Source: Octopus sinensis (lineage: Eukaryota). From it: a DNA stretch of 13,472 bases. A model generated the notes under the pieces. That model was given only the letters and a program-made list of their open reading frames with translations. It had not been told where the DNA came from and ran no database searches. Position 1 is the first letter of the stretch. The number at the start of each line of letters is the position of its first letter. Positions 1 through 8,597 of the stretch are shown piece by piece. The position numbers were made by a program, and so were the translations under genes. Location: NCBI RefSeq assembly GCF_006345805.1, contig NW_021826104.1, positions 1 through 13,472 on the forward strand, given 5' to 3'.

Positions 1-22
1 GTGTGTGTGTGTGTGTGTGTGT

Positions 23-327
23 GGAGGCGCAATGGCCCAGTGGTAAGGAGCGCGGACTCGCGGTTGTAGGATCGCCGTTTCGATTCTCAGACCGGGCGCT
101 GTGAGCGTTTATTGAGCGAAAGCACCTAAAGCTCCACGAGGCCCCAGCAGGGGGTGGGTGATCCATGCTGTACGCTTTCGCCACAACTTTCTCTCACTCT
201 TTCTTCTGTTGGTCTGCTCGCTTAGCCAGCGGTGTGGCGTCATTTGAAGGCTAAATCAATGCGAAGCGCATTGTGACCAGCGATGTGTAGCAACATCTGA
301 TAGCCTGGTGGCCACGGTGATCACAGT

Positions 328-329
<2 letters not shown>
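23..329 (+). mobile_element. tRNA-derived SINE, family A, full length, tail type 1
   Basis: A-box TGGCCCAGTGG (33-43) and B-box-like GTTTCGATTCT (77-87) in a tRNA-like head. Body recurs at 8598-8720 and tail recurs at 11206-11324. Sits between (GT)n and (TA)n. Confidence 0.85.
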
Positions 330-374
<45 letters not shown>

Positions 375-528
375 ATACACATACAACATACATACATACA
401 TACATATGATATATATATATATATAATATATATATATATATAATTATATATATACATATATATATATTTATACATACATATATATATTTATACATAATAT
501 ATATATATTTATACATACATATATATAT
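329..528. repeat. (TA)n/(TACA)n compound microsatellite
   Basis: Direct inspection. Confidence 0.95.
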
Positions 529-731
529 ATTCCTTTACTACCCACAAGGGGCTAAACACAAAGGGGACAAACAAGGACAGATAAACGGATTAAGTCGATT
601 ATATCGACTCCAGTGCGTAACTGGTACTCAATTTATCGACCTCGGCGGAATTTGAACCCAGAAAGTAACAGCAGACGAAATACGGCTACGCATTTCTCCC
701 GGCGTGCTAACGTTTCTGCCACCTCGCCGCC
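529..731 (-). mobile_element. SINE family C with a 27-bp internal deletion, inserted in (TA)n
   Basis: Reverse complement of the copies at 6193-6426 and 6720-6946. Deletion at 640/641 lies between TCGAC direct repeats. Confidence 0.9.
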
Positions 732-780
732 TTATATATATGTATGTATGTATCTATCTATCTATTTATGTGTGTATCAC

Positions 781-1010
781 TTTGTGTTTATTTTGATCCC
801 TCACCACCTCTTGACAACCGGTGTTGGTGTGTTTACTTCACCGTAACTTAGCTGTTCGGTCAAACCGACTAATAGAATAAGTACTAGGCTTCTAAAAAAA
901 ACATTAAGCTCTTGGGTCTATTCACTCGATAAAAACCATTCAAGGTGATGCATGCTCCAGCATGGCCGCAGCCAAATAACTGAAACCTGTAAAAGACGGA
1001 AGATGAAAGA
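781..1010 (+). mobile_element. SINE family B, diverged 3' half
   Basis: TTGACAACCGGTGTTGGTGTGTTTAC...ATAGAATAAGTACT...GCTCCAGCATGGCCGCAG matches the 3' half of 10157-10559. Confidence 0.85.
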
Positions 1011-1248
1011 CATATTGACTTTTTGACTTGCTTGTAAAATGAACAGGAGAATGCCAGGCTCTATGTGATTTTATCTGAGTTTATTTGCATGAATAAGTAC
1101 GTGTGTGTGTGTGTCTGCATCCGCGCAGCCGCAAGGAAGCATGTCACAGGCTGAAAGCAATGAGTTATAAATGAACGTCTGTGCACGTTTGTTCGATTTC
1201 AATTTCAGCGTCATGGGGGGGTGGGTGATTCTGAATCGAATCTCTTAT

Positions 1249-1334
1249 CCATCCATCCATCCATCTATCTGCCTGTCTATCTATCTATATTATATATATA
1301 TTATATATATATATATATATAATGTGTATCTATC

Positions 1335-1376
<42 letters not shown>

Positions 1377-1690
1377 TATATATAATATATCTATATATAT
1401 ATATATAATGTGTATCTATCTATATATATATATATATATATATATATAATGTGTATCTATCTTCTATCTATCTATATTAATATATAGTATATATATAATA
1501 TATATATATATAATGTGGATCTATCTATCTATCTGTCTGTCTGGCTATCTGTCAATCTATCTATATTATATATATATTTATATATAATATATATATATAT
1601 ATTATATATATGTAATAAAATAGAATATATGCATATAATAAACATATATGTACGTACCTACCTCTACATGTACATATACACGCATATATG
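1249..1690. repeat. (CCAT)/(CTAT)/(TA)n compound microsatellite
   Basis: Direct inspection. Confidence 0.9.
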
Positions 1691-1963
1691 TGTAAAGGAC
1701 ACCAAAAAGACGTCGAACACATAGAGAGACAAAACACATAGACACAAACCAAGGAACAAGACAAGCAAAAACAAAAAAAAGGAGAGATACAGGACAATAA
1801 GCACAACGAAAAATCCCCTTCTTCAGTCGCTAAGATTTCATCTACTAAACGTTTCGAAGGATAAAAGCGAGACGTATACTTCGAGAAAAATTCCTTCCGC
1901 GAAAGCAAATCAATTAAAATTCTGAGATCTTTTCGCAGAGGGGTAAAAGAAAAAAAAAAGCAA

Positions 1964-1993
1964 ATATATATATATATATATATATATAATGTA

Positions 1994-2068
<75 letters not shown>

Positions 2069-2087
2069 GTGTGCGTGTGTGTGTGTG
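1964..2087. repeat. (TA)n-(CTAT)n-(TG)n microsatellite
   Basis: Direct inspection. Confidence 0.95.
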
Positions 2088-2166
2088 AAATATGGGAGAG
2101 AGAAAATGTTTTTTCTTTCTGCCATATTCTCCATAAACTCTACGGACACAAGAATTCTTGAAGTAA

Positions 2167-2216
2167 ATCCGGTGGCATATGCTTCCATATTTGTTGATGT
2201 CATCAGGTACCCGGAT
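2167..2216 (-). ncRNA. Degenerate hammerhead-like motif
   Basis: Minus strand ATCCGGGT-AC-CTGATGA-CAT(N8)ATG-GAA-GCATATGC-C-ACCGGAT. Non-canonical G15.1-C16.1 pair and a 2-nt insertion. Confidence 0.3.
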
Positions 2217-2230
2217 ATTGTGAGCTACAC

Positions 2231-2392
2231 GGTGTAGGCGAGGCTGTGTGGTAAGAAGATGGTTTCCCAACCGCATGGTTCCGGGTTCAGTCCTACTGCG
2301 TGGCACTTAAGGCACGTGTCTTCTGCTATAGCCTCGGGCTGACCAAAGACTAGAGAGTGAATTTGGTAGACGGAAACTGAAAGAAACCTGTC
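2231..2392 (+). mobile_element. SINE family B, 5' head only
   Basis: GGCTGTGTGGTAAG...GGTTCCGGGTTCAGTCC...GACGGAAACTGAAAGAAACCTGTC. Confidence 0.9.
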
Positions 2393-2410
2393 AGACAGTA
2401 GTGGTTTGTA

Positions 2411-2750
2411 TTCTTTTATTTGTTTCAATAATTTCACTGCGGCCATGCTGGAGCAACGCCTTTAGTCGAGCAAATCGACCCCAAGACTTATTCTTTGTAA
2501 GCCTAGTACTAATGTAAGTCTCAGGCGTCAAAAGAAAAGAACAAAAATATGGCCGCTGTTTAATATTAAAACAAAAAGGAATAAACAATACACACACACA
2601 CACACAACACACGCATGCACACACATAGTTATAACTGTATATCTGCATATGCAAACGGCGGGCTTCGTTCAGTTTCCGGCTACCATGTCCACTCTCAAAG
2701 CTTTGGTCGACTCGGACCTATGGTAGAAGATAAGTGCTTCGCAGTGGACA
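2411..2750 (-). mobile_element. SINE family B, degenerate and rearranged
   Basis: Tail at 2411-2510 (GCGGCCATGCTGGAGC...AGTCGAGCAAATCGACCCC), internal CA repeat, head remnant at 2655-2750. Confidence 0.75.
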
Positions 2751-2788
2751 GACAGGAAAACCACAAGCTTGCCTCTGTCGCGTGAGCG

Positions 2789-2799
2789 TGTGTGTGTGA

Positions 2800-2858
<59 letters not shown>
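2789..2858. repeat. (TG)n microsatellite
   Basis: Direct inspection. Confidence 0.97.
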
Positions 2859-2862
<4 letters not shown>

Positions 2863-2963
2863 CTTCCACTGCACTGTTCCGTGGTTTCAGATATTCTATT
2901 GTTGTAGATAATTTGCATGGCGTGAAAATATATTCAGCACCTGACTTTTTGTTATTTTTTGCT

Positions 2964-3050
2964 AAATACTGAAGAGGTATAGTGCCAAGATTACATATTT
3001 CAACAAGCGATGTAATCTCGGCAATAATTTACCGAAACGCGTATACGTTT
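2964..3050 (+). ncRNA. Minimal type I hammerhead ribozyme with long stem II (Penelope-like type)
   Basis: CTGAAGA 2969-2975. Stem II GGTA/TACC extended by TGCC/GGCA and AGATTACAT/ATGTAATCT. GAAA 3034-3037, palindromic loop CGCG, GUA site (cut after 3043). Stem I AAATA/TA(CG)TTT is imperfect. Confidence 0.7.
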
Positions 3051-3094
3051 TATAAAGCATATTACCATTTTTGTTTTCTGGATTTTACCAATAC

Positions 3095-3185
3095 TATATA
3101 TATATATACATACATACACACACATATATATATGCATATATATGTAGTATTTTATGTGTCCGTATATATGTGTTTGTGCGTGTGT
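3095..3185. repeat. (TA)/(CA)/(TG) compound microsatellite
   Basis: Direct inspection. Confidence 0.85.
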
Positions 3186-3322
3186 TCTTTGTGCAGGTGG
3201 GTGGGTATAGAGGTTATGGGTGTATTATTAAGGGTTGATGCTTATTGAATAGTTACTCTGAGTTACCCGATTAAATAGCCGTAGTTCGATTCTAAGAATA
3301 GCTTTCAAGAAAATTCCGTTGA

Positions 3323-3328
3323 TTATAT

Positions 3329-3362
<34 letters not shown>

Positions 3363-3595
3363 GTGTGTGGTATGTATGTATATATGTATTATTTATATAT
3401 ATTAATATATATATATATATGTATGTATATATATATATATATATGTGTGGTGTGTGTGTGTGTGTGTATGTATGTTTGTTTTGTATATATATATGTATAT
3501 ACTATATGTTTGTGTGTGTATCTCTGTGTAAAATATCTGTTATTATATATCGTGTATATGTACATATATAAACACGTGCACACATATACACTAGC

Positions 3596-3640
<45 letters not shown>

Positions 3641-3805
3641 CTATAAAGACACAACATATATGTGTTTATATATATGCATATATATATGTACATATGTATG
3701 TGTTTCTGTATATATATATTTACATACACACATGCACACACACACATAGATACATATACACGTCTACATACATGTATCTATGCACTATGTGTACATGTGT
3801 GCGTG

Positions 3806-3858
<53 letters not shown>

Positions 3859-3951
3859 CATATATATATATATATATATATATATCTATATATATAGATA
3901 TATATATATATACATACTTGCACCAAGAACACCATACATCCACATACATTG

Positions 3952-3991
<40 letters not shown>

Positions 3992-3998
3992 TGTACAT
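3323..3998. repeat. Long compound (TA)n/(TG)n/(CA)n microsatellite field
   Basis: Direct inspection; source of many spurious YI/VC/TH ORFs. Confidence 0.95.
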
Positions 3999-4275
3999 AT
4001 CTTATAAATTGTTGTTGTTTTCTGTTTTAATGGCCACCATCACAAATGCGGTCAATAACAACATTACAATAGACACGATTCAGAAAAAGCCCATTAATGC
4101 CAAACCTCTCGCAGACATTCCTAAATCCAGTAGAATCCATTTCTGCCAACCATTTCAAAAGAAACTATTCAAGCATTCACCAAGACCCATCCTGTCTTTC
4201 GAATAAAGCCATTGGAACATTTCTTTGAATAGGATATCGCCAAAAGTTCGTAACCTCTCCGACTAATTTACTTAC

Positions 4276-4288
4276 CAGTATAAAACAC
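4276..4288 (-). other. Candidate 13-nt microexon
   Basis: Minus strand ...ccttcgttctctgcAG|GTGTTTTATACTG|GTAAGT, with consensus acceptor and donor. Confidence 0.25.
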
Positions 4289-4339
4289 CTGCAGAGAACG
4301 AAGGATATATAGGACAATGGCGGTCTTAGATTTGCAAAA

Positions 4340-4455
4340 ACACGGGATGGTTACGGCTGAATGGCTTTCATCATAGGTCAGCTCGATTATGGCTGACTTG
4401 GGGGGTAAACAGCAACAGCATTAGCAACAATAACAACAGTAGCAGCAACAGCAAC
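4340..4455 (+). mobile_element. Possible retroposon 3' end with (CAA/CAG)n tail
   Basis: Unique segment ending GGGGTAAAC followed by a degenerate trinucleotide tail; single copy in the window. Confidence 0.3.
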
Positions 4456-4473
4456 GATAAGCGTTTCTTGACC

Positions 4474-4760
4474 CTGGCTCTATGGTTAAGAAGCTTGCTT
4501 TTGCAAATGTATAATAACGGATTCAATCCTCTTGTTCGGCGCTCTTTCAGATTGAGTCTTCTGTTATGTTCTCGGATCGGCTGAAGATTTGGGGAGTGGA
4601 AATTTGTATATGGTGAGACTGTGTATATGGTAAGACGTTTGCTGGTCGACCGACCACACGGTTCTGGGTTCAGTCCCTGTCTTCTACTATAGCCTTGGGA
4701 CTACACAAAGCCTTGTGAGTAGATTTGATTGATGGAAACTGTAAGAAGTCCATCATATAT
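4474..4760 (+). mobile_element. Two tandem degenerate SINE family B heads
   Basis: TGGTTAAGAAGCTTGC...GATTCAATCC (4474-4625), then TGGTAAG...GGTTCTGGGTTCAGTCCC/TGTCTTCTACTATAGCC...GGAAACTGTAAGAAGTCCATC (4626-4760), followed by the usual internal microsatellite. Confidence 0.7.
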
Positions 4761-4864
4761 ATATGTGTGTGTGTATGGGGGTGTACATACATCTATGCGT
4801 ACGCATAGATGTGTGTATATATATATATATATATACGGGTGTGTGTGATTGTGTATAGAAGAAT

Positions 4865-5098
4865 ATATTAATAAAAGGAATTTTAGTTTGACAGAAAAAA
4901 ATTGTGAAGCATGACTGTCACCACTACTACATGAACCTGAAGATTGCAGAATTTAATGCATGAAAGTACTAGTTCAATCAGAATGAACATTTAACGTTCT
5001 ATTATTTTATTTTATTTTATTTTATTATATTATATTATATCATTATAAGATTGTAAATAAAACGTGAAAATCAAACAAGGTTGGAATTCCTTTCATTA

Positions 5099-5102
<4 letters not shown>
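4865..5102 (+). mobile_element. Short element with 18-bp inverted termini containing a hammerhead
   Basis: ATATTAATAAAAGGAATT (4865-4882) versus AATTCCTTTCATTAATAT (5085-5102), one mismatch; flanked by microsatellites. Confidence 0.5.
4932..4976 (+). ncRNA. Minimal type I hammerhead ribozyme (Penelope-like type)
   Basis: Perfect stem I TGAAC/GTTCA. CTGAAGA 4937-4943. Stem II TGCA/TGCA after a U-U mismatch. GAAA 4962-4965, palindromic loop GTAC, CUA site (cut between 4971 and 4972). Confidence 0.78.
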
Positions 5103-5128
<26 letters not shown>

Positions 5129-5129
<1 letters not shown>

Positions 5130-5319
5130 AGGAAAGTTTACGAAAATAAACAAAAGACGAAGGCAGGTGGAGTACAAACAAACAAATGTATTAGTATAGC
5201 GCTCAGGAATAGAAAAATTCTTTTATGTTTCGAGCCTACGCTCTTCGACAGAATGATACACAGAAAAAAAGACAAGGAGAGAAAAAAATGTGTGTAGTAG
5301 CTAACGATCTATCATGGCG
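5129..5319 (-). mobile_element. (TA)n-embedded short element with a hammerhead-like core at 5219-5256
   Basis: Sharp boundaries in (TA)n. Minus strand TCATT-CTGTCGAA-GAGC(GTAG)GCTC-GAAA-CATA-AAAGA. Confidence 0.45.
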
Positions 5320-5364
5320 TATATATATATACGACGGGCCTCTTTGAGTTTCTATCCACCAAAT
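5320..5364 (-). mobile_element. SINE family B fragment (end of head next to its microsatellite)
   Basis: TATACGACGGGCCTCTTTGAGTTTCTATCCACCAAAT resembles the reverse complement of ATTTGGTAGACGGAAACTGAAAGAAGCCCGTCG. Confidence 0.6.
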
Positions 5365-5396
5365 AATAATGAAGCGTGCTTATTTATGAGTATAGT

Positions 5397-5432
5397 CGCC
5401 TGACAGGGAAGGTTATACGAAAAGCTTAGGTG
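5397..5432 (+). ncRNA. Degenerate hammerhead remnant
   Basis: CGCC-TGACAGG...C-GAAA-AGCT-TA-GGTG. The 3' half is canonical (palindromic tetraloop, UA, stem I); the CUGANGA box is damaged. Confidence 0.35.
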
Positions 5433-5471
5433 TGGTGTTGTAATTCTAGATACAATACTCGCATTACATAA

Positions 5472-5546
5472 GTGTGTGTATATATATAAATACATACATA
5501 TATATATATATATATATATTATCTACACACATATCGATATACCTAT

Positions 5547-5577
<31 letters not shown>

Positions 5578-5742
5578 TATCTATATATATATATATTTAT
5601 TTATATATATGCATATGTATATATACAAGTATACACACACGCACATACAAATATGTGTGTGCACATGTAGAAATATATATTCATACTCGCGCACGCCGCA
5701 CACACACAGACACACACACACTTACACACACACTCACACACG
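5472..5742. repeat. (TA)n/(CA)n compound microsatellite
   Basis: Direct inspection. Confidence 0.93.
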
Positions 5743-5892
5743 CGCATTGAGAGTAGTGTATCAGTTATTCTGAGACTTAATTCTATTACAACGTGTAAAC
5801 CAACACGGAAATTTATACTTCGTTTCTCACATTATTTTGTTTTTTTTGTTTTTTTTTAATCCATATGTTTTTCTTTTTACCTCTTGTGACAG

Positions 5893-5960
5893 CTGTGACG
5901 TCGGCGACGTCGGCTTCATTGGCGGGGACAGCATTTGCGGTGCTTTCGTTGTTGTTGTGA
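5893..5960 (+). CDS. Candidate terminal coding exon encoding a GPI-signal-like C-terminus (xVTSATSASLAGTAFAVLSLLL*)
   Basis: Long T-rich polypyrimidine tract and CAG acceptor (AG 5891-5892); phase-1 frame ends at TGA 5958-5960. No homology evidence. Confidence 0.25.
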
Positions 5961-6021
5961 TGATGATTGTACAAGACCTTTTTGGAGTGGCGGAAATGAG
6001 TAGAGCGTAGCTGTAATCGCT

Positions 6022-6097
6022 GGTGTGGCTGCGTGGTAAGAAGTTTCCTTATCGAAACACATGGTTCCGGGTTCAGTGTCTTCTACCATAGCCTTGG
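6022..6097 (+). mobile_element. SINE family B head fragment with internal deletion
   Basis: GTGGCTGCGTGGTAAG...CATGGTTCCGGGTTCAGT/GTCTTCTACCATAGCC. Confidence 0.8.
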
Positions 6098-6192
6098 ATT
6101 TAATTGACAGAAGCTGAAGTTGGCTCTTTGAGGTCTATAATTCCCGGTCAAGGGTTTTAGACAAAGGGTAGGTAGGATCTTATAGAAATGGC

Positions 6193-6426
6193 CAAGGCGG
6201 CAAGCTGGCAGAAACGTTAGCACGCCGGGCGAAATGCTTTGCAGTATTTCGTCTGTCTTAACGTTCTGAGTCCAAATTCCGCCGAGGTCGACTTTGCCTT
6301 TCATCCTTTCGGGGTCGATAAATTAAGCACCAGTTACGCACTGGGGTCGATATAACCGACTTAATCCGTCTGTCTGTCTTTGTATATCCCCTCTATGTGT
6401 AGCCCCTTGTGGGCAGTAAAGAAATA
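6193..6426 (+). mobile_element. SINE family C, full length, 9-bp TSD
   Basis: A-box-like TGGCAGAAACG, B-box-like GAGTCCAAATTCC; TSD AGAAATGGC at 6184-6192 and 6427-6435. Confidence 0.92.
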
Positions 6427-6697
6427 AGAAATGGCTGGAACTATCTTGGAGCCTGAGTAGCATTGCCCTGTGTGGACAGAATAATAAGCTATAGCAGCTT
6501 GGAAGAACTTGTGATGACCCTTTTACTGAGGAAGGGCTAGAGTACCTGTCTCCTCCAACCCAATCTCTTAGGCTGGTGCTGAGATGAGGATAAGACGGAA
6601 GTAGAGAACAGCCGAGGTCGTAAAGGCGACAGAATTGCGTTAAGGCAACGAGAAATGGTGAATTTTGTTCCACATGGAAGAGCTAGCTTGAGTATCG

Positions 6698-7273
6698 GGT
6701 AAAAGGTAAATACCCCCTTGATGGCGGCGAGCTGGCAGAATCGTTAGCACGCCGGGCAAAATGCGTAGCCGTTTTTCGCCTGCCGTTACGTTCTGAGTTC
6801 AAATTCCGCCGTGGTCGACTTTGCCTTTCATCCTTTCGGGGTCGATAAATTAAGTACCAGTTACGCACTGGGGTTGATGTAATCGACTTAATCCGTTTGT
6901 CTGTCCTTGTTTGTGTTTAGCCCCTTGTGGGTAGTAAAGAAATAGTTAAATACCCCCTTCGGTCATGAATGACCATGGGATTGCACCTAGAAAGTTCCTT
7001 TCCGAGGCTCAAGGTTGTTTATAGAAGACCTGCAGTCGCCCAAGCATGTCAGGCCTCCCCCTCTGCATGTTATCTATGTTATCCAGAGGAAAGGCAAAGG
7101 CCGATACAGCTTGGATCTAGTGACATAGAAACTCATTTCAACAGTTGGGTGAACTGGAGTAACGTGAAATAAAGTGTCTTGCCCAAGAACACAACACAGC
7201 CTGTCCTGATATCAAACTCACTACCTCATGATTCCGAGCCCGAAGCTCTAAACACTGAGCCATGTGCTTTCAC
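6698..7273 (-). mobile_element. tRNA-derived SINE family D (CORE-like), interrupted by a family C copy
   Basis: Minus strand TGGCTCAGTGTTTAGAGC (A box)...GAGTTTGATATC (B-box-like)...CTTGGGCAAGACACTT, with a (TTTACC)-type tail. Imperfect TSD CTTG(A/C)GTATC at 6687-6696 and 7278-7287. Confidence 0.75.
6720..6946 (+). mobile_element. SINE family C nested in family D, 13-bp TSD
   Basis: TSD TAAATACCCCCTT at 6707-6719 and 6947-6959. Confidence 0.95.
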
Positions 7274-7440
7274 ATGCCTTGCGTATCAGAACCGCACTTT
7301 CGTGTGGGAGGAAAGAACGGGAGGCTATCGTTCGGGAATGAGGTGCGACTTGTGAGGAGATCTACATCAGGAGTTTCCAAGACGCGGAAATATTCCCAAG
7401 GCGTTTATTGCGATATCCTAGTGTGCTGCCAACGATCTGT

Positions 7441-8220
7441 CTTTTATCTTTCATTCGCTTTCAGTCATTAGACAGCGGCCATGCTGGAGCATCGCCTTGA
7501 AGAATTTTTAGTCGAATGAATTGAACCCCCACCCCCCACCCAGTACTTGATTTTTAATGCCTGATACTTTTTCTATCGGTCTCTTTTGATGAAGCGCTAA
7601 TTTACAGGGACAACATAGAGATAAAGACACACACATATATACACGCATATGTGTGTGTGTGTATACAAACACATACATATACGACAAGCTGCTTTCAGTT
7701 TCCATTTATCAAATCCATAGGAGTGGCTGTGTGGTAAGTAGCTTGCTAACCAACCACATGGTTCCGGGTTCAGTCCCACTGCGTGGAATCTTGGGCAAGT
7801 GTCTTCTGCTATAGCCCCGGGCCGACCAATGCCTTGCGAGTGGATTTGGTAGACGGAAACTGAAAGAAGCCTGTCGTATATATGTATATATTTATATATA
7901 TGTGCGTGTGTGTGTGTTTGTCCCCCTAGCATTGCCTGACAACCGATGCTGGTGTGTTTACGTCCCCGTCACTTAGCGGTTCGGCAAAAGAGACCGATAG
8001 AATAAGTACTGGGCTTACAAAGAATGAGTTCCGGGGTCGATTTGCTCGACTAAAGGCGGTGCTCCAGCATGGCCGCAGTCAAATGACTGAAACAAGTAAA
8101 AGAGTAAGGCTTTGGTAGTCCTGAGGCTATGGTAGAAGGAACTTGTCCAAGATACTATGCAATGAGACTGAACCCAAAACCTAGTGTTTAGGAAGCAAGC
8201 ATCTTCCCACACAGCCACGC
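7441..8220 (-). mobile_element. Old SINE family B copy split by a younger antisense copy
   Basis: Parts 7441-7717 and 8106-8220 are collinear with the reverse complement of family B. Confidence 0.85.
7720..8107 (+). mobile_element. SINE family B, full length, young
   Basis: A-box TGGCTGTGTGG, B-box-like GGTTCAGTCCC, internal (TA)(TG) tract, tail AAGTAAAAGAGTAA; near-identical to 10157-10559. Confidence 0.95.
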
Positions 8221-8597
8221 TTGTCTAGGCGGAGTAAAATTTATTCAAATCTGATGAATGTTGATAATTATTTGGTTGTCAAGTTTATTCGACTGTCTGA
8301 CAACCGTGTGTACAATGAAACACGTGACTAGCGATACGATATTTAGTTACTAAGAAAGCCTAATGTGTCACGAAACAATTTATTTCAAAAGAAGTGTGTC
8401 GCCAACGTGAACAGTTTGGGAAGCCGTGGTCTAAGTTGAAACACGACAGAAAAAACTCGTGTGACGCACAATAAATCCTGCCTAGAGATCAATATATTCC
8501 GTGTTGCTTAAGATATGAGCGCACCGAGTAATATTCTGGGCCTCTACGGGTCTGGGGACACAGTGCTAATATATACATACTGTGGTAATCTATACAC

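Noticed and set aside
23-100. tRNA gene
   Set aside because: No complete cloverleaf or acceptor stem; continues into a SINE body
1814-1862. Permuted hammerhead boxes on the minus strand (GAAACGTT before CTGAAGA)
   Set aside because: Stem I does not close onto the core and no downstream GAAA exists for a type I fold; the 1690-1960 island may still be a repeat
251-5773. Numerous YI/VC/TH-rich ORFs
   Set aside because: Translations of dinucleotide microsatellites with no stop codons by composition
6436-6686. Possible LINE ORF2 remnant (minus-strand ORF 6323-6673)
   Set aside because: No recognisable RT or endonuclease motif, and the ORF runs into a SINE; needs BLASTX
8251-8300. CTGATGA box
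   Set aside because: No stem II closed by GAAA and no stem I
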